Shown here one piece after another: positions 27,806 through 37,747 of a DNA stretch of 64,000 nt. The position numbers and the translations under genes are program-made. Under the pieces are notes generated by a model that did no database searches, had not been told where the DNA came from, and saw nothing but the letters and a program-made list of their open reading frames with translations. Location of the stretch: positions 192,001-256,000 of the forward strand of contig CAVOVB010000001.1 in the NCBI GenBank assembly GCA_963699755.1, in the 5' to 3' direction. Within the stretch, counting starts at the first letter, position 1. Each line of letters opens with the position of its first letter. This DNA is from an uncultured delta proteobacterium. Its GTDB lineage: Bacteria; Myxococcota_A; Polyangia; Polyangiales; Houyiibacteriaceae.

Positions 27806-29137
27806 ATGCAAGAGCAGCCTCTCTACGATGTGGTGATCGCCGGGGCCGGCCCAGCGGGAGCGACGGCGGCGTACTTTCTGGCGAGGGGAGGAAAGCGGGT
27901 AGCGCTCCTAGAGAGAGCGACCTTTCCGAGGGACAAGCGTTGCGGAGACGCCTGGTGCGAGCCCGCGCTCGAGATCCTGGAGGAGATGGGCGTCCTCGCC
28001 GAGCTCGACTCCGAGGGTGCGGTGCAATGGGTTCGCTCCGGTGGTCTGGTCTCGCCCTCGGGATTGAGCTTCACCAGCCCCGATGAAGGCGTGCGAGAGA
28101 GCGCGCCCCGCGTTGCGGCGATACGAAGGTTGCTCTGCGACGAGCGCATCGCGCACGCAGCCGCGCGAGTGGGCGCCATGCTCATCGAAGGCGCGGCGGT
28201 GAGCGATGTGAGCCTCGACGATGATTGCTGGGAGATTCGATGCAAGGACGGCCGCCGGTTTTGGGGTCGGTGCCTGATCGCCGCGGACGGAGCCAAGAGC
28301 AAGATCGCCCGCGCGCTCGGCGTCGTGACGACAGGCGCGAACAGCGTCGCAAGCCGGCAGTACATCAGGGGCGGCACGCACAACTTCGTCAGTGACGGCG
28401 TTCTGCTCTATCCGACCTATGCGCTTCCGGGCTACGTCGCCCTTTTTCGCCACTCGAACGGAGACATCGACCTCGGTTGCTATTTGCTTCCGGGAGGTCG
28501 TGTCCCGCCGACGCAGCTCAAGTCCCTGCTCGAAACCAAAGTCGCGGGAGACCCATACGTGCGCGAAGCGCTGGGCGACCACGCGGAACCCCTGGAGCGA
28601 CCCGGCCTGTCACCACTTCGCCTCGGGGGTGAGCCCAAGACCCACGCAGAGCGATTCATCGCTTTGGGAGATGCGGCCGGCCAAACCGATCCGCTGACCG
28701 GCGAGGGAATTCACACGGCCATGATCGCGGCGAAGATCGCCGCCCGTGTCCTCCACGAAGCCTTTGATGAGGGGGACCTCTCGGCGCAGCGGCTCTCCGC
28801 CTATCATCGGGACTGGATGATGGAGTTCGGTCGCGACTTCCCGATCTCTGCTGCGGCTGGACGCGCGATCAATCGCTTCCCCATCCTTCTCGATACCGCC
28901 GTAATCGCAGCCCAGCGCCATGGCCCGAGCTTCATGGATCGGTTCGGCGCAGCGATGACCGGCGTGAAGCCCAAGTCGCTCTTCTTGTCGCCTCGCATGT
29001 CCATTCCGCTCGGGGCCGCACTGCTTGGGCTCCTGATTGCCCGTCCTCGAGCGAGCTACCACGACGGCCCGCGCGCCGAGCCCCCACACCCGCTCAGCTT
29101 TGCCACGAACGCGCTGCGATCGAACGGCGGCTCGTGA
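27806..29137 (+). CDS. Geranylgeranyl-reductase-family FAD oxidoreductase
   Basis: GAGPAG, FPRDKRCGD, AADG and GDAAGQTDPLTGEGI motifs. Confidence 0.88.
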   Translation: MQEQPLYDVVIAGAGPAGATAAYFLARGGKRVALLERATFPRDKRCGDAWCEPALEILEEMGVLAELDSEGAVQWVRSGGLVSPSGLSFTSPDEGVRESAPRVAAIRRLLCDERIAHAAARVGAMLIEGAAVSDVSLDDDCWEIRCKDGRRFWGRCLIAADGAKSKIARALGVVTTGANSVASRQYIRGGTHNFVSDGVLLYPTYALPGYVALFRHSNGDIDLGCYLLPGGRVPPTQLKSLLETKVAGDPYVREALGDHAEPLERPGLSPLRLGGEPKTHAERFIALGDAAGQTDPLTGEGIHTAMIAAKIAARVLHEAFDEGDLSAQRLSAYHRDWMMEFGRDFPISAAAGRAINRFPILLDTAVIAAQRHGPSFMDRFGAAMTGVKPKSLFLSPRMSIPLGAALLGLLIARPRASYHDGPRAEPPHPLSFATNALRSNGGS

Positions 29138-29318
29138 TGCGCCTCGCGGAAGGATCGACGCATCCCGAGTCCGCTGAGAAATATCGAAGGTCTACCCGAT
29201 GTCTGACGCTTGCGACCGAGGCCCGACACATCGCGTTCAGCATGAGCGCGCCGAAGAGATGGCGGGTGCCGTTGCCAGGCTTCTTTCGTCGGCGAGGTCG
29301 TGCTAGCTTCGCGCGGCG

Positions 29319-30452
29319 ATGAAGCTCTTTTTGCTGCGCCTGCTCGTCTGGCTCGTAGTTGTGACCGCGGCTTTGGCGATCCTGCTCCACCTTCGCTACG
29401 GAGGCGGCGAACCCTACCAAGACCTGAGTGGGCCGCCGATCATCGATGAGGGCGCGCTCGAAGTCGTGGTGACGAGTCAGGAGCCGATTGGGAATGTCGC
29501 GGTTTCCGCCGACGGGCGCCTGTTCTACACGATTCATCCCGAAAGCCGGCCGAGGGGGGCCAAGCTGCTCGAGTGGGTCGATGGCGTAGCGACGCCGTTT
29601 CCAAGCGACGACGCGCAATCGCTCTTCGAAACACCACTTGGCATCGCCATCGATCGACAGAACCGGCTTTGGACGATCGACCACGGCAACCACGGCACGG
29701 GGCAGCCGAAGCTCCTGGCTTTCGACCTCAGCACAGGCGGAATCGCGCACGAGCACCGTTTTGACTCCTCGGTCGCGCAGCTGGGCTCGTTTCTGCAGGA
29801 CTTGCAAGTCGACTCGACCGGAAAGCATGTCTTCATTGCCGACCTGAGCTTCTGGCGGAAGAACCCCGGTCTCATCGTGTACGACGTCGAGCTCGAAAAG
29901 GCGCGGCGAGTCCTGAACGGCGACCCGTCGGTGTCCGCACAGAGCTGGCTGATCCGCAATCCCATCAAGGACATGACTTTCTTCGCCGGCCTGGTCGTGT
30001 TCAAGCCGGGCGTCGATGGAATCGCGATCAGCCGTGACGACCAATGGATCTACTATGGGGCGATGGCGCACGACACGATGTATCGGATCAAAGTGTCAGA
30101 CTTGCTCATCCAATCGCTCAGCGAAGGCGCCCTTGCCGCGAGGGCCCAGGCGATTGGCCCCAAGCCCCTCAACGATGGCCTGAGCACGGACGGCGATGGG
30201 AACTTGTTGATCACCGACGTCGAGCACGGCGCGGTCATTCGAATGGCGCCCGAAGGCGAGCTCACGACGCTGGTCCGAAGCGATCAGATCCGCTGGGCAG
30301 ATGCTCTGAGCTACGGCCCCGATGGTTGGCTCTACCTCGCCGACAGCGCGATCCCTCATCAGGTGCTCCAATCGAAGGCGCACATCAAAGCCAACGCGCC
30401 CTACTACATCTACCGCTTCAAGCCGGGCATCGATGGCGTCCCGGGCCAGTGA
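29319..30452 (+). CDS. Major royal jelly / yellow-like six-bladed beta-propeller protein
   Basis: N-terminal TM, IDRQNRLWTIDHG, GVDGIAIS, DGL..D, and IRWADALS repeats. Confidence 0.7.
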   Translation: MKLFLLRLLVWLVVVTAALAILLHLRYGGGEPYQDLSGPPIIDEGALEVVVTSQEPIGNVAVSADGRLFYTIHPESRPRGAKLLEWVDGVATPFPSDDAQSLFETPLGIAIDRQNRLWTIDHGNHGTGQPKLLAFDLSTGGIAHEHRFDSSVAQLGSFLQDLQVDSTGKHVFIADLSFWRKNPGLIVYDVELEKARRVLNGDPSVSAQSWLIRNPIKDMTFFAGLVVFKPGVDGIAISRDDQWIYYGAMAHDTMYRIKVSDLLIQSLSEGALAARAQAIGPKPLNDGLSTDGDGNLLITDVEHGAVIRMAPEGELTTLVRSDQIRWADALSYGPDGWLYLADSAIPHQVLQSKAHIKANAPYYIYRFKPGIDGVPGQ

Positions 30453-30457
30453 CGAGC

Positions 30458-30973
30458 ATGGGGACACGACGCCGCATCAGACCCGACACCTCAAGTAAGC
30501 CCGGCTACATCACGCCGGAAGGCTACCGGCGTTTCGAAGAGGAAGCGGACCAGCTCTGGAACGTCGAACGCCCCAAAATGGCCAAGGCCGTGCAAGTCGC
30601 CGCCGCCGAGGGTGACCGCTCCGAGAACGCGGAGTACCAGTACAGTAAGCAACGACTCGCCGCGATGGATCGGCGACTTCGCTTCTTGGGGCAGCGGCTC
30701 GAGGTCCTCACCATCGTCGACGAGAAGCCGCCAGACGATGGCCGGGTCTACTTCGGAAGTTGGGTCACGATCGAAGACGAGCGGGGTGAGACGCAAACCT
30801 ATCGAATCGTGGGGCCGGACGAAATCGACGCCGAAAAGAAGTGGATCAGCATGGACTCGCCCGTCGGAAAGGCCCTGTTGTCCCGCGAGCTGGGCGACGA
30901 AATCACCCTCCGACGCCCCAAAGGCGACGTGACCTGTGAGATCGTCGTGGTGCGGAATACAGCGCCAGACTGA
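30458..30973 (+). CDS. greB: Transcription elongation factor GreB
   Basis: YITPEG, AAAEGDRSENAEY, DRRLRFL, RIVGPDE and ISMDSP motifs. Start revised to ATG 30458. Confidence 0.94.
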   Translation: MGTRRRIRPDTSSKPGYITPEGYRRFEEEADQLWNVERPKMAKAVQVAAAEGDRSENAEYQYSKQRLAAMDRRLRFLGQRLEVLTIVDEKPPDDGRVYFGSWVTIEDERGETQTYRIVGPDEIDAEKKWISMDSPVGKALLSRELGDEITLRRPKGDVTCEIVVVRNTAPD

Positions 30974-31069
30974 AAAAGCGCACCCCATTCGCTCGCGAAG
31001 GAGCGCCGACGAAAGCCATGGCGACCTACTTCCGTGCCGTTGCAGTTTTCAGAGAGTAGACTGGACCGC

Positions 31070-31873
31070 ATGGCAGACTACGAGCGCCTGGTCGAGATCC
31101 AGCAACACCTCTCCTTGGCCAAGCCCGACCACTACCTGACCTGGTACTACGAATACCTCCACCGATCCGCGGACAAGCCGATCAAGTTGCTGGAGCTCGG
31201 CATTGCCGAGGGATCTTCCCTGATGATGTGGAGCGAATTTCTTCCGAACGCAGAGATCACAGGAGTCGATCTGGACCCCGTAGAGCTGGACGATGCAGGC
31301 GGTCGCATTGCGACCTACGCTGGTGAGCAACAGGACACGGAGCTACTGGACCGGATTGGACGTGAGCGCGCTCCGGAAGGCTTCGACGTCATCATCGACG
31401 ACGCTTCGCACCTCGGTGAGTTTTCGAAGATTTCCTTCTTTCATCTTTTCGAGAACCACCTGAAGCCGGGAGGCCTCTACTTCTTCGAGGACTGGGGCAC
31501 CGCGTACTGGGACTGCTACCCCGATGGTCGGCATTCGCACCCACCGACACGATCGGTTCCCATCCGCGAGAAGTTGTTCGGCGCGATGTCGGCCAACCCG
31601 CTCATCCGTGGCAACAACTTCCTGCGCCGGGCGACCAACAAGCTTCGGATCACGACCCTACGCAGGTCGTTCCGGTCTCATCAGCGCGGAACCGTCGGCG
31701 TGCTCAAACAGATTATCGACGAGTGTGGAGTCCTAGACATCACCGACCCGGAGCGCGGGCGTGGGCCGAAGGCGGAGCAACTAATTTCCAGCGTCCACAT
31801 TCGACCCGGCCTTGCGCTGATCCACAAGGTCGACCCGAAGCAGGGGCTGTTTCAACTGCCGCCCGGAGCCTAG
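31070..31873 (+). CDS. Class I SAM-dependent (sugar O-)methyltransferase-like protein
   Basis: LLELGIAEGSSL..W, ITGVD, FDVIIDDASH and LKPGGLYFFED motifs. Confidence 0.75.
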   Translation: MADYERLVEIQQHLSLAKPDHYLTWYYEYLHRSADKPIKLLELGIAEGSSLMMWSEFLPNAEITGVDLDPVELDDAGGRIATYAGEQQDTELLDRIGRERAPEGFDVIIDDASHLGEFSKISFFHLFENHLKPGGLYFFEDWGTAYWDCYPDGRHSHPPTRSVPIREKLFGAMSANPLIRGNNFLRRATNKLRITTLRRSFRSHQRGTVGVLKQIIDECGVLDITDPERGRGPKAEQLISSVHIRPGLALIHKVDPKQGLFQLPPGA

Positions 31874-31880
31874 CTCTCAG

Positions 31881-33047
31881 TCACTCGCGCGACGGCCCAA
31901 GCAGGTTTCGCTCGAGGATGAGGTCGGCGGCACCCTCCCCCACGATGCGATTGCCAAGTGGCGTGAAGTGACCGTGGGATCGCTCCCAATAGAGCAGCTC
32001 GCCTTTTCGTTCTTCGAACATGGGGAGCGGCGAGAATAGGTTGAAGTCCTCGAATCCCGGACCGAGCGGATAGGCCGAGCGGAAGGTCGTACGGTTCAGG
32101 CGTTCGGGGATGTCGATGATCAGGAGCTCGGCGCCTCCGTCTCGACTCACTTGGTCGATCTGTCTCAGGATTGCCAGCGTGAGACGCTCGGCGTAGCTGA
32201 CGTCCTCTGCCGACTCTTCCGCCGTTTCTTGGCGCAGATCGGCCTCGGGTGCGGGTGCGGGTGCGGTGGGCTCCAGTTGCTTTGCCTGTGCAGCAGCCGA
32301 CTGCGCATCACGGATGTCCGCCAGCACGGTCTTCACCGCCTCGCCGACCTTGTCACGGAACCAGTTGTAGAGCTGGCTATGCCCGGCGAGGAAACGGTAC
32401 AGCGGGATGCGGAAGAGGATTTCGCGGCTCTTCACCGCAGGCAGGAAGGTCTCGGCGGCGCGTGTCAGCTTGCCATCCTGAAGGTCGAAGAGCCCGCTTC
32501 GAACGTTGTCGTCTAGGTCGGTGCCGTGCCAGCCAATCAGAACCAGGTCGGGCTCGTACTTCATGCCTTCGGCCTGCAGCGCAACCAGCTCTTCCGCGTT
32601 TCCGAATCCGGAAACCGCGAGGTTCACCAGCTCAACATCCTCGCCGGCCGCTCGGAGCCGTTCCACCATGACGTTGAGCAACATCTCGTCCGGGTGAGCG
32701 CCATATCCCATCAGGAACGAGTCGCCGAGAGCAACGATCCGCTTCTTTGCGTTCGGTTTCTCGTATGGAATCTCTCGGTCGCTGCGGATGCCCTTGGAGT
32801 TGGTTTGGATCTGGATCTCGTAGTCGGGCGTCGTGTGCGCATAGCTCTGATTCGGCATGTTCATGCGAACGCCATACTCGGCGCTCGCGATGTACCGGGG
32901 CAGCATCGGAACCGGGGCATAGATTCGCAGGAACAGCTCGGACAGGAGCAGCACGAATGCGCAAAGCGCAACGTAGGTCAGGATGCGGCGCAGCCTCGAC
33001 GGCCCGCCGGATCTTGGATTCGAAGTCTTGGTGCGGTCAGAAGGCAA
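31881..33047 (-). CDS. SGNH/GDSL hydrolase-fold protein (AlgJ/AlgX/PatB-like), membrane anchored
   Basis: N-terminal TM, TNSKGIR, LGDSFLMG, NLAVSG and GHFTPLG motifs. Confidence 0.8.
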   Translation of the reverse strand: MPSDRTKTSNPRSGGPSRLRRILTYVALCAFVLLLSELFLRIYAPVPMLPRYIASAEYGVRMNMPNQSYAHTTPDYEIQIQTNSKGIRSDREIPYEKPNAKKRIVALGDSFLMGYGAHPDEMLLNVMVERLRAAGEDVELVNLAVSGFGNAEELVALQAEGMKYEPDLVLIGWHGTDLDDNVRSGLFDLQDGKLTRAAETFLPAVKSREILFRIPLYRFLAGHSQLYNWFRDKVGEAVKTVLADIRDAQSAAAQAKQLEPTAPAPAPEADLRQETAEESAEDVSYAERLTLAILRQIDQVSRDGGAELLIIDIPERLNRTTFRSAYPLGPGFEDFNLFSPLPMFEERKGELLYWERSHGHFTPLGNRIVGEGAADLILERNLLGPSRE

Positions 33048-34710
33048 AGTAGATGAACTCCCCTCCTTCGCTCGGGGCGAGAGCTAGGATCGACATGATG
33101 ATGAAGGTCCAGATCGCCACTCGAACGAGAAGCGGCCACTTCGCCATCGGATCCAGGGTGGCGTAACGCACCTGGAGGTACTGGAAGATAATCAAGGGGT
33201 GCGCGTAGAACAGGAGCGTCTTGAATTCCGCAAACGTTTCTGGGGAGCCATGGGGGTGCCCGAAGATCGAGAGCGTGAAGATCCTGATTGTCTCGAGGTT
33301 CTGCGCGCGGAAGATCAGCCAGCCGTAGAGCACGAAGCCGAACATCACGATTCCCTTCAAGAAGCCTTTTCCTCGGAAGTCGGGTAGGCGCCAGCCGCGT
33401 TCGTCGAAGAAACGGTAGAGCACCAGGATGGTCCCCTGGTACAGGCCCCAGATGACGAAATTCCAAGCTGCGCCGTGCCAGAGCCCGCCCAGAATCATCG
33501 TGATCATCAGATTGCGGTAGGTGCCGAGCGGCCCCGAACGATTCCCACCCAAGGGGATGTATAGATAGTCGCGCAGCCAGGTGGAAAGGCTGATGTGCCA
33601 TCGTTGCCAGAACTCGGATGGGTCCTTGGCGATGTAGGGCAGCCGGAAGTTGACCATGATGTCGAAGCCCATGAGCTTCGCGGTGCCACGCGCGATGTCG
33701 GAGTAGCCGGAGAAGTCGGCGTAGATTTGGACGGCGAACGCCAGGACGGCGACCAGAATCCGGAGACCGTCGTCGGGCACGATGCTGCTGGGATCCGCCC
33801 CATCGTACGGTCCGAACGTACCGTTGACGATCGCGGCGACGTTGTCGGCAATGACGACCTTCTTGTACATACCCCAAGCGATCAGCCACATACCCTGGCG
33901 GATTTGCTCCCAATCGAGCGAGCGGGGGCGGCGAAACTGCGGAAGCAGATTCTTTCCGCGCTCGATTGGCCCGGCCACGAGCTGCGGGAAGAACGAAAGA
34001 TACGCAGCGAAGTCGACGAGCGATTCGGTCGGCTCCACGTCGCGCCGGAACGTGTCGATCGTGTAGCTCATCGATTGGAACGTATAGAACGAGATTCCGA
34101 CCGGAAGCACGATGTCGAGCGTGAAGCGATCCGGCGTGAACCCAAGAGCGTTCTCGAACAAAACCGCGAAACTGTCCGCGAAGAAGTTGTAGTACTTGAA
34201 AAAGCCGAGGATCCCGAGATTGACGGTGATGCTGAGCGCGAGTGCGACACGCGCGCGGACGTCCCGTTCGAGTCGGATCATCACGAAATAGACGATGTTG
34301 GCGCCGATCAGCGCTGCCGTCGTGAGAAGAAAACCGCTCCAGCCCGCAAGGCTGCGCGGCAAAAGCCCGAGCAGGTCGAGCTCGGGCGAATCTCCGATCC
34401 ACAACGGGCTGAAGTCGAGCGCATCCCATCGCAGCGTCAAAAACAGAAGCGACGCCGTCATCAGATAGAGAGATGAAACGACGCGATGGCGGGCGCTCGA
34501 GGTGCCATTCCGAATGATGAGGGCCGTGTTGTAGTCGACGACCGTGGTGATCACGATGAGGAACAGGAATCGGATGTCCCACCAGCCGTAGAAGAAGTAG
34601 CTGCCTGCCAGAAGCAAGACGTTCTGCCAGCGATAGTGCTTCTGGAAGGCGAGGTAGAGGCCGTAGACCAGAACGAAGAAAACGAGGAACTCGACGCTGT
34701 TGAAGAGCAT
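33037..34710 (-). CDS. MBOAT O-acyltransferase (AlgI/DltB/PatA-like)
   Basis: MLFNS, FKYYNFF, LPVGISFYTFQ, FFPQLVAGPI, DFSGYSD, FWQRWHISLSTWLRDYLYIPLGG and GLWHGA motifs. Confidence 0.95.
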   Translation of the reverse strand: MLFNSVEFLVFFVLVYGLYLAFQKHYRWQNVLLLAGSYFFYGWWDIRFLFLIVITTVVDYNTALIIRNGTSSARHRVVSSLYLMTASLLFLTLRWDALDFSPLWIGDSPELDLLGLLPRSLAGWSGFLLTTAALIGANIVYFVMIRLERDVRARVALALSITVNLGILGFFKYYNFFADSFAVLFENALGFTPDRFTLDIVLPVGISFYTFQSMSYTIDTFRRDVEPTESLVDFAAYLSFFPQLVAGPIERGKNLLPQFRRPRSLDWEQIRQGMWLIAWGMYKKVVIADNVAAIVNGTFGPYDGADPSSIVPDDGLRILVAVLAFAVQIYADFSGYSDIARGTAKLMGFDIMVNFRLPYIAKDPSEFWQRWHISLSTWLRDYLYIPLGGNRSGPLGTYRNLMITMILGGLWHGAAWNFVIWGLYQGTILVLYRFFDERGWRLPDFRGKGFLKGIVMFGFVLYGWLIFRAQNLETIRIFTLSIFGHPHGSPETFAEFKTLLFYAHPLIIFQYLQVRYATLDPMAKWPLLVRVAIWTFIIMSILALAPSEGGEFIYFAF

Positions 34711-34715
34711 CTAGG

Positions 34716-35510
34716 TCAGAGCTCCGCTCTATCGAGGCCGCGCTCGAGCGCATCCGTCAAAAAGGGGGTCAGTCGTGCTGAGAGCGCCTGATACCCCGCC
34801 TCGTTGATGTGGAAATCGTCGACGATGAACTCGGCGCGCATGCGGCCTCGATCCGAGAAGATCCGATCGCAGTCGAAGACCCGCACGCCGGACTCGTCCA
34901 GCCTCCTCAGGCGCTGGTTGATGTCGGCCACAGCGGTCAGTGTCTCGTTCGACCAAATCGGATATCGGAGCGGGTGAACATCGCCGACCGGAAAGATCGT
35001 GAGCACCACCAGCGGGATGCCGCGGGCTTGGATTCGGTCGATGATCTCCCGCAGGTTGGCCCAGCAGTTATCGACGATTTCCTGCGAGCGGCTGCGAAAC
35101 ACGCCCATCGCCTTCAAGTCGTTGATTCCGGTCTCGAGGACGACCATCCTGGGCTCGCGCTCGATGATGTCAGCGTCCAGGCGTGCCAGGAGCTGAGCGG
35201 TCGTCTCCCCGTAGCGACCCAGGTTGAGCACCTGAAGGCCAGCAAGGCTCGGCGGCGCCGGCAAGGATGCGATCCGCGAATCACCTGCGAAGAGGAGGGC
35301 GAGCTTCGCCCGATCGGCGGCCGGCCCCGGGTTCCCGGGTGCCGGTGGCGGTCCGCTCTTCGCAAGGTCCAAGCGCAGCCAGAGATCCGCCCGGTAGGCC
35401 GATAGGGAGCGCGCCCCCTGCACGCCGGCGACGAAGATTGCGATGGCTGCGGCGACTAGACCGAGGCGCACCGGCGCGCTTTTCGAAGATTTGCCAGGCG
35501 ATGAGCTCAT
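34716..35510 (-). CDS. SGNH/GDSL hydrolase-fold protein
   Basis: N-terminal TM, AGDSR, NLGRYGET, GIND and DDFHINEAGY motifs. Confidence 0.85.
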   Translation of the reverse strand: MSSSPGKSSKSAPVRLGLVAAAIAIFVAGVQGARSLSAYRADLWLRLDLAKSGPPPAPGNPGPAADRAKLALLFAGDSRIASLPAPPSLAGLQVLNLGRYGETTAQLLARLDADIIEREPRMVVLETGINDLKAMGVFRSRSQEIVDNCWANLREIIDRIQARGIPLVVLTIFPVGDVHPLRYPIWSNETLTAVADINQRLRRLDESGVRVFDCDRIFSDRGRMRAEFIVDDFHINEAGYQALSARLTPFLTDALERGLDRAEL

Positions 35511-35971
35511 TGTTTGGTCGCGTTGCGGGGGTAGCCGCGTCGAACGCCGTGTTTCAAGCTTAGCGAGCCCGGTGGATGCTGTACAAACTCCCGCTTCCTC
35601 ATCGCCAAGACCCGCCGGCGACCAGCTTGTGCGCAGCCCGATCAGGGGGCCACGTCGATGAGGAAATCAGCCGCTTTCGCATGATAGATTCGCAAATCGG
35701 CCGACGAGGAGCTCGCGTCGGATCAGGATCTGCTGGGCATCCTGGTTTCGGTCATCCGGCCAGAGGTCGTTGGCATGGAGCAGACCGTCGAGGTGGAAAT
35801 CGACCTGCCGAAGAGCCCGGGGATGACGCAACGCGCCAATTGTCCGCGTCTCTCATGCGAAGAGTCCAACGCGCGAGAATTGCAGAGGCGGATGCGGAGA
35901 TCATCTCTGCATTGATCCACGCCCGGATTTTCGACATAGGAGAGTTCAGGGCCTGCCGCAGGGCATCGCTG

Positions 35972-35987
35972 TGGCATGAAAGCTGCT
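35972..35987 (+). promoter_or_regulatory. Putative sigma-54 (-24/-12) promoter of the synthase operon
   Basis: TGGCATGAAAGCTGCT matches TGGCACG-N4-TTGCW with exact GG-N10-GC spacing, about 75 bp before ATG 36062. Confidence 0.55.
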
Positions 35988-36061
35988 CATCCGCAGCGCG
36001 CCCCTGCGAACCTGCAACCGATCGCGCAACATATGCGGCGGAGAAAAAGGGAGACCTCTTC

Positions 36062-37729
36062 ATGGCCCACGGCAGCAGCCTCGACGCGGAATCGCTCCGG
36101 CTCGTTCTCGATTCACTGGACGATTTCGCCAGGGCGAACCTGAGCGATGAAAAGCTCCTCGAGCTCGACGAGAAGGACATCTTTCCCGAAGAGCTCGTGC
36201 GGGCGATCGGCAGTGAGGAGCTCGGCGTGCAGCTGGTGTTCATCCCCGAAGAGCACGGCGGGATGGGCGGTGGTGCCTTCGACGTCTACCGTGTCTGTGA
36301 GGCCATGGCTCGAATCGACGTCGGTCTGGCGACCGGCGTCTTGGCGACCTTTCTCGGTAGCGATCCGATCGTCTTCGGGGGTACCGCCGAGCAGAAGGAG
36401 TACTGGCTGAGCCGCATCGCTGAAGAGGGATTGCTGATGGCCTACGGGGCGACCGAGCCCGCTGCCGGCAGTGACCTCGCGGCGCTCAAGACAGTCGCCG
36501 TACCCGTCGAAAAGGACGGGCAGGTCGTCGGGTACGAAATCACAGGGAACAAGCAGTGGATCTCCAACGGCGGTCGAGCGGATGTCTACACGGTGCTCGC
36601 GAAAGCGCCCGGCGGGCCGACCTGGTTCGTGGTGGAGCGAGGGGCTGAAGGCTTTACGTCAGGCAAACCAGAGGACAAGCACGGGATCCGGCTGAGCAAC
36701 ACCACGGCGCTCATCCTCGAAAACGTCTACGTCGATGCCGATCGGCTCGTCGGGCTCGAAGAGGGTCAGGGATTGCGGCAGGCGCAGCTCGTCTTCGGCT
36801 TCACGCGACTCATGGTGGCGGCCTTCGGTCTCGGCGCGGGCTGGGCGGCACTCGACCGGACGATTCAATACTCGACCGAACGGATTCAAGGCGGCTCGCC
36901 GCTCTCGGAAAAGCAGGGCTACACGCACAAGCTGATCATTCCTCATGCGGTACGTCTCGAGGCAGCGCGCGCCTACATCGAGCAAACGGCCGAGGCCATC
37001 GACAAGGGCGGCGACGAGCTCCTGAATACCGAAGGCGCGATCGCCAAGTACCTAGCCACCGAGGCCGGAAACGCCGCAGCGGAAGCAGCGATTCAAGGTC
37101 ACGGCGGCTACGGGTACACCAAGGAGTACATGGTCGAGAAGATCAAGCGCGACGTACGCATCACGACGATCTACGAAGGCACTTCGGAGATCATGGAGAT
37201 GACGATCGGTCGCGATCGCTGGCAGCTGCACCTCAAGACGCGGGGCCAGCACTACCACGATCTCGGGCGGCGGCTCGAAGGGGTACACCGCGAACATCCC
37301 GAGGCCGGCGCCGGCATCGCCGCTTTGGGAGCGCACGCTCTTGCGGAAATCATGGAGCGTGCGCGCGCCAAACGGCTCACGCGCAATCAGCACGTGCTTT
37401 TTCGGATTGGGGAGCTGGCTTCCTATGTGGAAGGCGCGGCGGCGTTTGCTCGCCGAGCGGTCCGCGCAGAGGTCGACGCGCTCGACCCGAAGGCCCCAAA
37501 ACGATTTTCCCCTCCGGCGCTCGCCGCGATGGCTCGAGTCTTTGCACGCGAAGCCGCTCAGCACGTTGCCATAGACGGCATGCGCTGGATCGTGGGTGCC
37601 GAGGACCCAGGAGATGCGGACAGCCAATCGCTCGAAGCGAGCGCAGGACTGTCCAAAGTTTATGCAGCCCAGGTGGGGTTGATCGATGACATGAATCAAG
37701 TGGGGGATGCGCTCTATGAGCGCTCCTGA
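36062..37729 (+). CDS. Acyl-CoA dehydrogenase with C-terminal extension
   Basis: [32 protein letters not shown] and catalytic IYEGTSEI motifs. Start revised to ATG 36062 after GGGAG. Confidence 0.92.
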   Translation: MAHGSSLDAESLRLVLDSLDDFARANLSDEKLLELDEKDIFPEELVRAIGSEELGVQLVFIPEEHGGMGGGAFDVYRVCEAMARIDVGLATGVLATFLGSDPIVFGGTAEQKEYWLSRIAEEGLLMAYGATEPAAGSDLAALKTVAVPVEKDGQVVGYEITGNKQWISNGGRADVYTVLAKAPGGPTWFVVERGAEGFTSGKPEDKHGIRLSNTTALILENVYVDADRLVGLEEGQGLRQAQLVFGFTRLMVAAFGLGAGWAALDRTIQYSTERIQGGSPLSEKQGYTHKLIIPHAVRLEAARAYIEQTAEAIDKGGDELLNTEGAIAKYLATEAGNAAAEAAIQGHGGYGYTKEYMVEKIKRDVRITTIYEGTSEIMEMTIGRDRWQLHLKTRGQHYHDLGRRLEGVHREHPEAGAGIAALGAHALAEIMERARAKRLTRNQHVLFRIGELASYVEGAAAFARRAVRAEVDALDPKAPKRFSPPALAAMARVFAREAAQHVAIDGMRWIVGAEDPGDADSQSLEASAGLSKVYAAQVGLIDDMNQVGDALYERS

Positions 37730-37747
37730 CGGACGAGGAGCCCGCAG

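Noticed and set aside
29134..29322. 62-aa ORF bridging the GG-reductase-like and MRJP-like genes
   Set aside because: No recognisable motif or RBS. Likely intergenic despite the 4-bp overlaps.
35576..36061. N-terminal extension of the ACAD ORF in the track
   Set aside because: No ACAD similarity. A good RBS and ATG lie at 36062, and the region holds a promoter-like motif.
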